The notes beneath the pieces were generated by a model that saw only the letters and a list, made by a program, of their open reading frames with translations, did no database searches and was not told the DNA's origin. The translations under genes were made by a program, and so were the position numbers. A DNA stretch of 64,000 nucleotides from Alphaproteobacteria bacterium (lineage in GTDB: Bacteria > Pseudomonadota > Alphaproteobacteria > UBA828). Below, in pieces: positions 30,977 through 41,141 of the stretch. The stretch is from contig CAXXVO010000017.1 of NCBI GenBank assembly GCA_963422645.2, forward strand, positions 224,001-288,000. Reading direction: 5' to 3'. Every line of letters begins with the position of its first letter. Position 1 is the stretch's first letter.

Positions 30977-32532
30977 CGGAGCAGCAGGCGGCGCCTCGCC
31001 TCGTGGCCGACGCGGCGACGCTCCCGGTCGCGGCCGGGGGTTTTCCGGCCGCAGCGCCAGTCGATGCGGCGGACGCGCCCTATGGCGTTCTCGACGTCGG
31101 TTCGAACTCGATCCGCCTCGTGGTGTTCGAGGGGCTCACGCGTGCGCCGGCGCCGGTCTTCAACGAGCGCGAACTCTGTGGCCTCGGCGCCACCCTGGCC
31201 GAGACCGGGGCGCTCGCGCCCGACGCGGTGGAGCCCGCGCTCGATGCGCTGCGCCGCTTCGCCGCCGCCGCCACAGCGCTCGGCGTCGGTCCGCTCGACG
31301 CGGTGACAACGGCCGCGGTCCGCGACGCGATTGACGGCGCGCGCTTCTGCGCTGCCGTGGCCCGCGAGACCGGCTTCTCGCTCCGGATCCTCACGGGCGA
31401 GGAGGAGGCACGCTACGCCGCGCTCGGCGTGGTCTCGGCCTTTCCTGCGGCGAGCGGACTGATGGCGGACCTGGGCGGCGGCAGCCTCGAGCTGGTTCGC
31501 TTGGAGCAGGGGCAGCTCGCAGAGCACGCAACGCTGCCGCTCGGCGTGCTCCGTCTCGGTAGCCTGGCGCCTGACCGCCGCTCCGCGCTCGCGGCCGAGC
31601 GGCTCAAGGCGTTGCCCTGGCTCGATCGGGTGCGTGGCGAGCCGGTCTATCTCGTGGGCGGTGCGTGGCGGGCGCTGGCCCGGCTTCGCATGGCGGCCGA
31701 GCGGCACCCCATCCCCGTCGTTCATCACTATCGCATGACGCCGGCCGAAGCGCGCGAGGCCACCAAGGAGTACGCCGCCGCCGATCCCGCGACGCTTCGT
31801 CCGGGGCCGGAGGGAATGTTGCCCAGGCGGCTCGCGACCGTGCCGAGCGGCGCGTGTGCGCTGAAGGCATTGCTGAAAGTGGCGGGGCCGGGCGAGGTGC
31901 TGTTCTCCGCCTTCGGCCTGCGCGAGGGCCTGCTTTTCGATAGGCTGCCTGCGGCGGTGCAGGCGCAGGATCCGCTTCACGACGCCTGTCGGGCGATCGC
32001 GCGGCGGGACGGCCGCTCGCTCGTCTATGCCGAGGCTCTCGCCTCCTGGCTTGCACGGTCGACGCTCCCTATTTTTGAGCGGCATCGGGCTGTCCTACCG
32101 GCGGCGGCGTTCCTCTCCGAAATCGCCTGGCGCCAGCATCCGGACCTGCGCGCGTCCGATGCCTTCGTGCGCATCTCGCGCGCTCCCTTTGTCGGCATCG
32201 ACCATGCGGGCCGGGTGTTTCTGGCGCTTGCCGTGGCCACCCGCTACAAGTCGCGCCTTCCCGTCGGGGCCGCCCGTCCGGTGAACCGACTGTTGCCGCA
32301 GGCGGTGCGGGCCGATGCCCGCGCGCTCGGGCTCGCGCTCAGGCTGGCCGAGCGGCTCTCCTGCGGGGAGCCGGCGGTGCTCGACGGCTCGCGGCTCGCG
32401 GCGGAGGACGGCCGCCTCGTGCTGCGGCTCGCGCCCGAGCACCGGCCGCTCGCATCGGGCAAGGCACGCACGGCGGCAGGAGCGCTGGCGCGGGCTCTGG
32501 GCCGCGCCATCACCTTCGAGGTGAATCGCTAA
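30973..32532 (+). CDS. ppx: Ppx/GppA exopolyphosphatase
   Basis: [30 protein letters not shown] and GLREG motifs; GTG start overlaps the ppk1 stop. Confidence 0.92.
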   Translation: MTEQQAAPRLVADAATLPVAAGGFPAAAPVDAADAPYGVLDVGSNSIRLVVFEGLTRAPAPVFNERELCGLGATLAETGALAPDAVEPALDALRRFAAAATALGVGPLDAVTTAAVRDAIDGARFCAAVARETGFSLRILTGEEEARYAALGVVSAFPAASGLMADLGGGSLELVRLEQGQLAEHATLPLGVLRLGSLAPDRRSALAAERLKALPWLDRVRGEPVYLVGGAWRALARLRMAAERHPIPVVHHYRMTPAEAREATKEYAAADPATLRPGPEGMLPRRLATVPSGACALKALLKVAGPGEVLFSAFGLREGLLFDRLPAAVQAQDPLHDACRAIARRDGRSLVYAEALASWLARSTLPIFERHRAVLPAAAFLSEIAWRQHPDLRASDAFVRISRAPFVGIDHAGRVFLALAVATRYKSRLPVGAARPVNRLLPQAVRADARALGLALRLAERLSCGEPAVLDGSRLAAEDGRLVLRLAPEHRPLASGKARTAAGALARALGRAITFEVNR

Positions 32533-32597
32533 CCCGCACTCTTCGCCACGGTCAGAGCCTGCGCCCTCAACGGGACGGGCCAGGCAAAATACTTGGC

Positions 32598-32640
32598 GGG
32601 ATTCCCGGGATAAGTGGGATTAAGTGGGACAAGTGGGATT
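32598..32640 (+). repeat. GGGA(T) direct-repeat array, 9-10 bp period, copy 1
   Basis: GGGA at 32598, 32607, 32616, 32626 and 32635; shares the 16-mer CGGGATAAGTGGGATT with 56069-56084. Confidence 0.7.
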
Positions 32641-32838
32641 CCGGGCGGTAGCCGCTCGCCAAGAATGCGGCCACTCGTCCTGCCTCCACCTGCCGCGATC
32701 TGCGCGCTCTTCATGGCGCAACAGTGGAGCGCCCGCCGCGCGCCCTGCACCGCACCATGGTCCGGGCATCCCGATCAGGACACCGGGTGGCCTTGCGCGC
32801 GCTCTCGCGCTATGAGGAACTTCGCTGCTGGTGCTCGT

Positions 32839-32923
32839 GCGGGCGTGGCGGAAGCGGTAGACGCGCGGGTCTCAAAAACCCGTTCCTTCGGGAGTGTGAG
32901 TTCGAGTCTCACCGCCCGCACCA
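32839..32923 (+). tRNA. tRNA-Leu(CAA)
   Basis: GCGGGCGTGGCGGAA...CGGGT-CTCAAAA-ACCCG, long variable arm, GTTCGAGTC and encoded CCA. Confidence 0.96.
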
Positions 32924-32935
32924 AGCGCCAACTAT

Positions 32936-33012
32936 GTCGCTCACGGCAGCCGGCCTGCGGCCGGCGCCTGCGCGGCCTGTCGCGAGTCCGTCGAAGACGG
33001 ACCCGCTCTAGC
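32936..33012 (-). repeat. CTAG-anchored intergenic repeat family B, copy 1
   Basis: Reverse-complement homolog of 55804-55913; begins at the TAG stop of the glnT-like gene. Confidence 0.75.
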
Positions 33013-34315
33013 AATCCAGGGTGTTGCTGCGCTCCCAGTCGGAGATCGTGCCGGCGAATTCGTTCCACTCGCTCGTCTTGAGCTTGACGTAGCTCTTCAC
33101 GAAGCTCTCGCCGAAGCCCGCGCGCACCACCTTGTCCTTCTCGAAGAGCCTGAGCGCGTCGAGCAGGTTGAGCGGCAGCCTGCGCGCACCGCGCAGCTTG
33201 TGGCCCTCGGCATAGAGGTTGAGGTCGGTGCGCGCGCCGGGCTCGCGCTGGTTCTCGATGCCGTCGAGTCCGGCGACGACCACGCCCGCCTGCAGCAAGT
33301 AGGGGTTCGACGCGCCGTCCATCAGCCTCAGTTCGAAGCGCCCGGCATCGGGAATGCGCACCATGGTCGAGCGGTTGTTGCCGCCGTAGGCCACCACGTT
33401 GGGCGACCACGTGGCGCCGGAGAGCGTGACCGGCGCGTTGATTCGTTTGTAGCTGTTCACGGTCGGGTTCCAGAGCGCACAGAGCGCAGGCGCGCGCTGC
33501 ATGATGCCGCCCAGGAACTGATAGCCGAGCTCGGAGATGCCAAGCTCGCCCTTGGCATCGTGGAACAGGTTCTTCTTGCCGGAATTATTCCAGATCGAGA
33601 CATGGGCGTGGCAGCCGTTGCCCGTCAGGTTGGAGAAGGGTTTTGGCATGAAGGTCGCGCGCAGCCCGTGCTTCTCGGCCAGCGACTTCACCATGTACTT
33701 GAAGAAGACGTGGCGGTCGGCGGTGACCAGCACGTCGTCATAGTCCCAGTTCATCTCGAACTGGCCGTTGGCGTCCTCGTGGTCGTTCTGATAGGGGCCC
33801 CAGCCCAGGTCCAGCATGGCGTCGCAGATTTCGGAGACCACGTCGTAGCGGCGCATCAGGGCCGCCTGATCGTAGCAGGGCTTGGACTGGGTATCGAGCG
33901 GGTCGGAGATCGCGGTGCCGTCCGCGCTCACGATGAAGTACTCCGCCTCGACCCCGGTCTTGACCCGGTAGCCTTGCTTCTTCGCCTCGTCGAGCTTGCT
34001 CTTGAGCTTGAGCCGGGGCGTGTCCGGCATGGGCTCGCCGTTCATCCAGCAATCGCCGGCGAGCCAGCCGACATCCGGCTTCCAGGGCAGCTGGATCAGG
34101 CTCGCGGGGTCGGGCTTGACCAGCATGTCGGGATGGGCGGGCGTCGAATCGAGCCAGGCGGCGAAGGCGGCGAAGCCCGCGCCATCCTCCTGCATGCCCG
34201 CGATCGCCTGCGCCGGCACCAGCTTGGCGCGGAGCACGCCGAACAGGTCCACGAAGCTGATCAGGAAATAGCGAATCTTCTTCTGTTTCGCGGCCTGAGC
34301 CAGGTCCACGGCCAT
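33008..34315 (-). CDS. glnT: GlnT-type glutamate-ammonia ligase, probably gamma-glutamylmethylamide synthetase (GmaS)
   Basis: YFLISFVDLFG..RAKLVP, KPCYDQ, YQNDHEDANGQFEMN, SGATWSP and C-terminal TLDC. Confidence 0.88.
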   Translation of the reverse strand: MAVDLAQAAKQKKIRYFLISFVDLFGVLRAKLVPAQAIAGMQEDGAGFAAFAAWLDSTPAHPDMLVKPDPASLIQLPWKPDVGWLAGDCWMNGEPMPDTPRLKLKSKLDEAKKQGYRVKTGVEAEYFIVSADGTAISDPLDTQSKPCYDQAALMRRYDVVSEICDAMLDLGWGPYQNDHEDANGQFEMNWDYDDVLVTADRHVFFKYMVKSLAEKHGLRATFMPKPFSNLTGNGCHAHVSIWNNSGKKNLFHDAKGELGISELGYQFLGGIMQRAPALCALWNPTVNSYKRINAPVTLSGATWSPNVVAYGGNNRSTMVRIPDAGRFELRLMDGASNPYLLQAGVVVAGLDGIENQREPGARTDLNLYAEGHKLRGARRLPLNLLDALRLFEKDKVVRAGFGESFVKSYVKLKTSEWNEFAGTISDWERSNTLDC

Positions 34316-34356
34316 CACTCCTTACTCCCTTGTCTCGGATGCGCGTCGGCGGGCTG

Positions 34357-35067
34357 CTACCAGGGCAGCTCCCTGCCGTCATACTGGAAGAAGCGGCCGG
34401 TCTGGCCGCCGCCATAGTTCGCCACCACCTGGCGGATGCCGGCGATGCTGTCCACCTTGTTGACAGGCGCGTCGGGCCCGCCCATGTCGGTCACCACCCA
34501 GCCGGGATGGACCGCGATCGTGCGCACCCCGCGCGGTGCGAGATCGATGGAGAGTCCCTTGACCAGCAGGTTCAGCGCCGCCTTGCTCGAGCGGTAGGGA
34601 TAGAGACCGCCGTCGGCCAGCTCGGTGATGCAGCCCATGTGGGTCGACATGAAGAGGAGCAGCTTCATCTCGCTCGCCGCGACGTGGTCGACGAAGGCCT
34701 CGGTGACGCGGAGCGGCGCCATGGTGTTGATCTCGTGCACCTGCATCCAGGCGTCGTAGTCGATGCTACCGAAGGCGGCCGGCCCCATCGCGTCGATCGA
34801 GCAGCCGAGCAGGCCCGCGTTGTTGACCAGCATGTCGATCGGCGTGCCGCGAAACTCGTCTGCGAGCGCCGCGATCTGCTCCGGCTTGCTCACGTCGAGG
34901 GTGTGCAGCGTGATCGCGCCGTCGGAGCGCGCGGCGAGCGCGGCAAGCTCGGTGGCGGTCTCGGGCGTCCGGCAGCAGGCATAGATGCGCCAGCCGTCGC
35001 CCACGAATTGCCGCACAATTTCAAGGCCGAGCCCCCTGCTCGCACCGGTGACCAGCATTGACGACAT
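34357..35067 (-). CDS. SDR oxidoreductase (CsgA/C-factor-like)
   Basis: TGASRGLG, NNAG, YRSSK and HPGWVVTDMGG motifs. Confidence 0.92.
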   Translation of the reverse strand: MSSMLVTGASRGLGLEIVRQFVGDGWRIYACCRTPETATELAALAARSDGAITLHTLDVSKPEQIAALADEFRGTPIDMLVNNAGLLGCSIDAMGPAAFGSIDYDAWMQVHEINTMAPLRVTEAFVDHVAASEMKLLLFMSTHMGCITELADGGLYPYRSSKAALNLLVKGLSIDLAPRGVRTIAVHPGWVVTDMGGPDAPVNKVDSIAGIRQVVANYGGGQTGRFFQYDGRELPW

Positions 35068-35259
35068 CGCCAGAACCCTCCCTTGCCCTCAAGCGGCGGC
35101 AGAATAGCGAACCCCGCCGCACCGACAAGGGCAGAGGCTTGCGGGCAGAGCCCCACCGCACGCGGCAGCCGACGAAGCGTCTGCCAAGAAGAGGGCCGGA
35201 CCACAGGTCCGGACGGCGCGACCGCGCCGCGCGCCGAATGGCGCGTAAGCCAAGCGAAC

Positions 35260-35329
35260 GGAGTGAGCGCCCGGCGCCTGAGGGAAGACATAAAGAGCGA
35301 GCGCCCGGCGCTTGAGGGAAATAATTAAA
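35260..35329 (+). repeat. Dispersed repeat family A, copies 3 and 4 in tandem
   Basis: GGAGTGAGCGCCCGGCGCCTGAGGGAAGACATAAA followed by GAGCGAGCGCCCGGCGCTTGAGGGAAATAATTAAA. Confidence 0.75.
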
Positions 35330-35356
35330 TCAGCGCCCGGCGCCACGTGCGTGCGA

Positions 35357-35404
35357 CCCCTCCTCACCCCGACCCTCTCCTCCCCAGCAGGGAGGAGAGG
35401 GAGA
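35357..35404. repeat. REP-like CCTCACCCC-CCCTCTCC...GGAGAGGG palindrome
   Basis: CCTCACCCCGA leader then hairpin CCCTCTCCTCCC-CAGCA-GGGAGGAGAGGG. Confidence 0.7.
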
Positions 35405-35572
35405 AATAGTCGGCGCCGTCTTCGTCCCCCCTCCGCCCAGCGGGGGTCTCCAAGTGATCCGATACGTTCTTCCTGCCGCCTACGTCATGCGCTTTGCCCG
35501 ATCTGGACCCTATAGGTCCGCGTGGCCATACTGGCGGCATAGGTTCGGCGCCAGGGAGAAGGAGCGCAATTC

Positions 35573-36709
35573 ATGTCGTCCATTCCGTCCGCCCTGGAGA
35601 TCACCAGGGACATCGTCCGCATGGACACCCGCAATCCCCCTGGCCGCGAGGTGGAGTGCGCCCATTATCTGGGCGACCTGCTGAGCGCCGCGGGGATCGA
35701 GGTCTCCTACCACGAGTTCGCGCCGGAGCGGACGAGCCTGGTCGCGGTGCTGCGCGGCGAAGGCGGCAACGGCAAGAAGCCGCTCTGCTTCGGCGGGCAT
35801 ATCGACGTGGTGCCGCTCGGCGCCAAGGAGTGGTCGGTGGACCCCTTCGGCGCCGACATCGTGGACGGCAAGCTCTTTGGCCGCGGCACCACCGACATGA
35901 AGGCCGGCATCTCCGCCTTCGTCCACGTCGCGCTGAAACTCGCAGCCGAGGAGAAGCGCGGCGCGGCTGACATGGTGATGGCGATCTGCGCTGGCGAGGA
36001 GACCGGTTGCGAAGGCTCCTACCACCTGGCCGAGATCGGCGCGCTCGGCGAGGCCGGCGCCATCGTCATCGCCGAGCCGACCTCGAACTACCCGATCCTT
36101 GGCCACAAGGGCGCGCTCTGGCTGAAGGTGGAGACCGAAGGCGTCACCGCCCACGGCTCGATGCCCGAGCACGGCGACAACGCGCTCTACAAGGCGGCGC
36201 GCTCGGTGACCGCGCTCGAGGAGTTCGATTTCAACGTGATGCCCCACGAGCTGCTCGGAAGGTCGACCCTCAACGTCGGCACCATGCAGGGCGGGCTCAA
36301 CCTCAACTCGGTGCCGGATCATGCCGAGTTCACCGTCGACATCAGGACGCTGCCCGGGCAGGACCACGCAGAGATTTTCTCGGGCCTGGAGGGCTACCTC
36401 GGCGACGAGAACAAGATCGCCCGCGTGGTCGATTGCGGCGGTGTGCACACCCCGCATACCCACCCGTGGATTCAGGAAATCTATGCGGTGATGGAGCCGA
36501 TCCTCGGTGAGAAGATCGAGCCGCGCGGTGCGCCATACTTCACCGACGCCTCGGCGCTGATGCCGGCCTACGGGCGCCCACCGACGATAATCCTCGGACC
36601 CGGCGAAATGCACATGGCCCACCAGACGGACGAGTACTGTCCCGTGGCTCACGTCGAGCAGGCGGCGGAGACCTACGAGATACTGGCCCGCAACTGGTGC
36701 GGCTACTGA
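35573..36709 (+). CDS. M20 metallopeptidase (ArgE/DapE-like deacylase)
   Basis: GHIDVVP, GRGTTDMK, GEETG, AEPT and AHQTDE metal ligands. Confidence 0.92.
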   Translation: MSSIPSALEITRDIVRMDTRNPPGREVECAHYLGDLLSAAGIEVSYHEFAPERTSLVAVLRGEGGNGKKPLCFGGHIDVVPLGAKEWSVDPFGADIVDGKLFGRGTTDMKAGISAFVHVALKLAAEEKRGAADMVMAICAGEETGCEGSYHLAEIGALGEAGAIVIAEPTSNYPILGHKGALWLKVETEGVTAHGSMPEHGDNALYKAARSVTALEEFDFNVMPHELLGRSTLNVGTMQGGLNLNSVPDHAEFTVDIRTLPGQDHAEIFSGLEGYLGDENKIARVVDCGGVHTPHTHPWIQEIYAVMEPILGEKIEPRGAPYFTDASALMPAYGRPPTIILGPGEMHMAHQTDEYCPVAHVEQAAETYEILARNWCGY

Positions 36710-36834
36710 GCGGGTGCCGGAGGGCGCGGACGGAGCGCTTGTGGACTCGAGCGCGGGCGCGGTTGTACGCTTCCGGCAGGGATTGAGCCGTGCGGGCCGC
36801 TAAGGGCCCCGGCTTCGATGGGGAGGCAACCTCC

Positions 36835-37593
36835 ATGAAGATCATGATCATCAACCCCAACTCATCGCAGGACATGACCGACGCCGATGCCGTGGCCGGG
36901 CGCTCGGTTGCGCGGGAGGGGACCGAAGTCGTGGCGGTGACGCCCGACTACGCGCCGGCCTCGATCGAATCCTTCTATGACGAATACCTGTGCGTGCCGG
37001 GAATCCTGAACGAGATCCGCAAGGGCGATCAACAAGGCTTCGACGCCTACATCATCGCCTGCTACGGCGACCCAGGCCTGCACGCCGCGCGCGAGATGAC
37101 CGACAAGCCGGTGATCGGGATCGCGGAAGCCTCGCTCTACATGGCCTGCCAGCTCGCGGCGCGGGTCGCGATCGTCACCATCATCCCGCGCTTCCGCGTG
37201 CCGGTTGAGGACATGGTCGCGGGCTACGGGCTCAGCAGCAGGGTGATCGTGCGCACCTCGCCGGTCTACGTGCTCGACGTTGAGCAGGACTACGAGGGCT
37301 CGCTCGAGAAGCTGCGGCAGGAATGCTATCGCGCCCGCGACGAGGACGATGCCGAGGCGATTTGCCTCGGCTGCGCCGGCTTCGCGGAGTTCGCCGACGG
37401 GCTCGAAGCCGAGCTCGGCATCCCGGTGCTCGACGGGGTTGTGTGCGCCACCAAGATGGCCGAGGGCATCGTCGAGATCGGGCGCAAGACGAGCAAGTGG
37501 AAGACCTACAGGTTCCCGGAGCAGAAGTCATTCACCGGGATGTTGCAGCAGTTCGGTACCGAGGCTACGGCCGGTAGGGCCGCCGCCGAGTAA
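36835..37593 (+). CDS. Asp/Glu/hydantoin racemase family (allantoin/hydantoin racemase-like)
   Basis: IINPNSSQDMT; catalytic cysteines in IACYGDPG and LGCAG. Confidence 0.9.
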   Translation: MKIMIINPNSSQDMTDADAVAGRSVAREGTEVVAVTPDYAPASIESFYDEYLCVPGILNEIRKGDQQGFDAYIIACYGDPGLHAAREMTDKPVIGIAEASLYMACQLAARVAIVTIIPRFRVPVEDMVAGYGLSSRVIVRTSPVYVLDVEQDYEGSLEKLRQECYRARDEDDAEAICLGCAGFAEFADGLEAELGIPVLDGVVCATKMAEGIVEIGRKTSKWKTYRFPEQKSFTGMLQQFGTEATAGRAAAE

Positions 37594-37657
37594 GCACCGG
37601 CCGCCCGGTGCGAACCGGGCGCCGTCACCGAATTATGGGAGGCTAAAGGAGGCAGAG

Positions 37658-38962
37658 ATGGACAGCGCACACCTTGACAAGAGGCACGAGAAGTTCTGCG
37701 ACGACGCCGAGACACGCTCGCGCTCAGCGGCCGGGCTCGACCGGCGCGAGTTCATGGCGGCGGCAGGCGCCACGGCCGTGGTTGCCGCGGCCGGCCTGGC
37801 GGCGACCGAAGCCGAGGCCGCATTCTCCGACCGGGTTGCCGGCATCACCCAGGACGAACCGATGGAGATCATCGGCACCGGGGTCTCCGCGCAGGAGCGC
37901 TTCTTCAGGAAGTTCGAGGAGATGAGCGGCGGGCTCCAGGTCACCGGGCAGGTCGCGAGCCTCGCCGATTCGGTCCAGAAGTGGATGACCGGTGGTTACG
38001 AGACCTTCTCGATGATCGAGACCAACGCCTTCCGCACGCCGGCGCTCCGGGAGGCGGAGACGATTGCGCCGATCCCGGTGGAGAAGATCACCAACTGGGA
38101 GTTCGCCGATACACTCTTCTCCGACCCCGCTCACGTCGGTGCCGATCACACCAGCGGCTGGCCGGTCGAGATGGTCTATTGGGACGACACCCGCACCTCG
38201 TTCGGGATGCTGCCCCAGATCTACAACATGGATGCGCTCGGCATCCTCCCTCACAAGTTCGCCGAAACCCAGACGGATCGGCTCACGCCGGACACGCTCG
38301 GGGTGCTCTACGAGGGCCAGTGGCGCGACGTGGACGTGCGGGGCAAGGTCTCGATCCAGAACGAGGACCTGATCGGCCCGCCGCGCTGCGCGAGCTATCT
38401 GGTGAAGAACCGCAAGATGGACCCGGTCACGGTCGGCTACGGCGATCTCGAGCCGGACGAGCTCAAGAACGTCATCGACTTCTTGATCGGTGCCAAGCAG
38501 GACGGCGTCTTCCGCGCGCTCTGGACCAACTACGGCGAGGCGGTGAACCTGCTCGCCTCCGAGGAGGTCTGGGGCATCGACTGCTGGAACCCGGTGATCG
38601 AGGACGTGAAGAAGCGTGGCATTCCCTGCTTTTATGTCGACGTCTGGGAGGGCACCGGAGCCTGGTATTACGGCATGTGCCTCTCCAGCGAGGCGCCGCA
38701 GCCCGAGGTCGCCATGGCCTATATGGACTGGTGCCTCGAAGGCTGGCGCGGCGCGGCCGATGCCGAGCAGGGCTACTATTCGCCTTGCCCGGACACCGCG
38801 CGGAACTACATGACCGAAGAGGCGTGGCTGAAGTGGTACGAGGGGCGCGGGCGCGACACCGGACCCAAGCTCCGGCGCCAATCCAACATCGCCTACTGGA
38901 TGATCTGGCCGCGCCAGATCACGCTCTTCATCAAGGAGTGGAACCGCTTCCTCGCCGCTTGA
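37658..38962 (+). CDS. Tat-exported ABC substrate-binding protein (PotD/PotF-like)
   Basis: LDRREFM twin-arginine signal with AEA cleavage site; SD AAGGAGG; C-terminal AYMDWCLEGW..EQGYY. Confidence 0.75.
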   Translation: MDSAHLDKRHEKFCDDAETRSRSAAGLDRREFMAAAGATAVVAAAGLAATEAEAAFSDRVAGITQDEPMEIIGTGVSAQERFFRKFEEMSGGLQVTGQVASLADSVQKWMTGGYETFSMIETNAFRTPALREAETIAPIPVEKITNWEFADTLFSDPAHVGADHTSGWPVEMVYWDDTRTSFGMLPQIYNMDALGILPHKFAETQTDRLTPDTLGVLYEGQWRDVDVRGKVSIQNEDLIGPPRCASYLVKNRKMDPVTVGYGDLEPDELKNVIDFLIGAKQDGVFRALWTNYGEAVNLLASEEVWGIDCWNPVIEDVKKRGIPCFYVDVWEGTGAWYYGMCLSSEAPQPEVAMAYMDWCLEGWRGAADAEQGYYSPCPDTARNYMTEEAWLKWYEGRGRDTGPKLRRQSNIAYWMIWPRQITLFIKEWNRFLAA

Positions 38963-39098
38963 GGAATCTCTCTCCTCGCCCCGCCGGCACCGGGTCGTGC
39001 CGGCGGGGCAACGCGCTCCCAGGCGCACGTGAGGGCGCGGGCCTCTGCGCGTTCCTCAGGCGGACCCTTCGAGCCGTCCCCGCATATCGGGAGCATTC

Positions 39099-41141
39099 AT
39101 GAGCCTTCGCATCGCCATCGATACCGGGGGAACGTTTACGGACGTTATCGCAATTGACGAGAAGACGGGCGAGCAGCTTGCCATCAAGACGCCGAGCACG
39201 CCCGACGATCCGAGCCGGGGTCTGATCAACGGGATTCAGGAAGTCGTCGGCGAGACCGACGCACAACTAAGCCAGATCCTGCACGGCACCACGACGGCGA
39301 CGAATGCCGTGCTCGAGCATCGTTTCGAAGGGCTCGGCCTGCTCGTGACATCCGGCTTTCGCCACATCATCGAGATCGCGCGCCAATCCGTGCCCGACGG
39401 CTACGGCAACTCCTTCTTCTGGGTGAAGCCGCCCAGGCTCGTGCCGCTTCATCTGGTCCAGGAGGTGACGGAGCGCATGAGCTACGACGGCTCCGTCATG
39501 ACGCCTCTCGACGAGAAGAGCGTGATCGAAGCGGTGGACCATCTCGTCGATTTCGGCGCCACGCGCATCGCCGTCTGTCTGCTCCATTCCTATGCGAACC
39601 CGGCGCATGAACAGCGTGTCGGTGCGATCATCGAGGAGAACTTTCCCGACGCCTTCGTGTCCCTGTCGTCGGTCGTCCTGCCTGAGTACCGCGAGTACGA
39701 ACGCGCGATGACGACGTTGATCGACGTGATGGTCAAGCCCTACTGCCAGACCTATCTCGGTCGCGCCCGCGACAGGATCGCGGAGGGCTCGGGCGACAAG
39801 CCCTTCCTGATCATGCAGTCCAATGGCGGGATCGTCTCCAGCGAGGCCGCCGGCGAGAAGCCGGTGACGATGCTGCTCTCGGGGCCGGCGGGGGGCGTCC
39901 TCGGCGCCACCCATATGGCGAACCTCGCCGGCTACAGCGATATCCTGACGCTCGATGTCGGCGGCACATCCACCGATGTCTCGCTGGTGCGCGGGCTCAC
40001 GCCGCAACTCTCGACACACACCACGATCGAGCACTATCCGGTCAAGACGCCCATGCTGGATGTCGTGGCCGTCGGCGCCGGCGGTGGATCGCTCGCCTGG
40101 ATCGATCCCTACGGTGCGCTCAAGGTCGGCCCGGAGAGCGCGGGCGCCGATCCTGGACCCATCTGCTATCGGCGCGGCGGAAGCGAGCCCACGGTGACGG
40201 ACGCGGGCGTGGTGCTGGGGCGCTTGCCGGGAGCGTTGATCGGCGGCGGTCTCAAGCTGGACGTCGATGCCGCGCGCGGCGCCTTCGAGACGCTCGGGAA
40301 GAAACTCGGCCTCTCTGCGGAGGAAGCGGCCGCCGGTGTCCTCGAGATTGCTGCTTCCAACCAGGTGCAGGGCATTCGCAAGGTGACGACGACGCGCGGG
40401 CTCGACCCCGGCGACTACGCGATGATCGCCTTCGGCGGCGCGGGCGGCCTGTTCGCCGCCGATGTGGCGGACTTCCTCGGAATCAAGGTCGCGGTCTCGC
40501 CGCCCAATCCGGGCAACCTCTCCGCCTTCGGCCTGCACGTCTGCGATATCAAGCGCGACTACGTGCGCACTCTGGTGCGCCAACAGTCGACCGCCTCGGT
40601 CGATAAGCTTGACGGGTTATGGGCTGACCTCGAACGGCTGGGTTGCGACGAGATCGCGGCCGAGGGCGTGGCGCGCGAGGCGATCCAGCTCGAAAGGAGT
40701 GCCGACGTTCGCTACGTCGGTGAAGGCCACGAGGTGCTGGTCTCGATCCCGGCCGGCCTTTCCGGCGCCGAAGCCGTCGAGCACATGTGGTCGGACTTTC
40801 ACCGGGTCCATGACGACACCTTCGGCTTCCATTACAAAGGCAGCCAGGATGTCGAGGTCGTAAGCCTGCGCGTGCAGGCGATCGGGCGCATGCACCGCCC
40901 TGCCGTGCGCACGGTCGAGCCGGGTTCGGACTCGTGCAGCCCTGCCGGGTCGCGCGATGTCTACTGGCGCGGCCGGGGTTGGGTATCCTGCCCCATCTGG
41001 CGCCGGGAGGGCTTGTCCCGGAACTTTGCCACGCAGGGGCCGGGTATCGTCGAGGAGTACGGCTCGACCCTCGTGGTGCCCGAGGGCTGGGCCCTCAGGA
41101 ATGACGATTACGGCAACCTCATCCTGGAGAAAGAGGCATGA
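39099..41141 (+). CDS. Hydantoinase A / 5-oxoprolinase-family ATP-binding subunit
   Basis: IDTGGTFTD, HGTTTATNA, SGPAGG, DVGGTSTD, GAGGGS and AGADPGP motifs. Confidence 0.94.
   Translation: MSLRIAIDTGGTFTDVIAIDEKTGEQLAIKTPSTPDDPSRGLINGIQEVVGETDAQLSQILHGTTTATNAVLEHRFEGLGLLVTSGFRHIIEIARQSVPDGYGNSFFWVKPPRLVPLHLVQEVTERMSYDGSVMTPLDEKSVIEAVDHLVDFGATRIAVCLLHSYANPAHEQRVGAIIEENFPDAFVSLSSVVLPEYREYERAMTTLIDVMVKPYCQTYLGRARDRIAEGSGDKPFLIMQSNGGIVSSEAAGEKPVTMLLSGPAGGVLGATHMANLAGYSDILTLDVGGTSTDVSLVRGLTPQLSTHTTIEHYPVKTPMLDVVAVGAGGGSLAWIDPYGALKVGPESAGADPGPICYRRGGSEPTVTDAGVVLGRLPGALIGGGLKLDVDAARGAFETLGKKLGLSAEEAAAGVLEIAASNQVQGIRKVTTTRGLDPGDYAMIAFGGAGGLFAADVADFLGIKVAVSPPNPGNLSAFGLHVCDIKRDYVRTLVRQQSTASVDKLDGLWADLERLGCDEIAAEGVAREAIQLERSADVRYVGEGHEVLVSIPAGLSGAEAVEHMWSDFHRVHDDTFGFHYKGSQDVEVVSLRVQAIGRMHRPAVRTVEPGSDSCSPAGSRDVYWRGRGWVSCPIWRREGLSRNFATQGPGIVEEYGSTLVVPEGWALRNDDYGNLILEKEA

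Noticed and set aside
32598-32640. CRISPR array
   Set aside because: Units are only 9-10 bp with no spacers, and there are no cas genes in the window.
32839-32923. tRNA-anchored integrative island at tRNA-Leu, tRNA-Thr or tRNA-Gly
   Set aside because: No integrase, and I saw no duplicated tRNA 3' end in the window.
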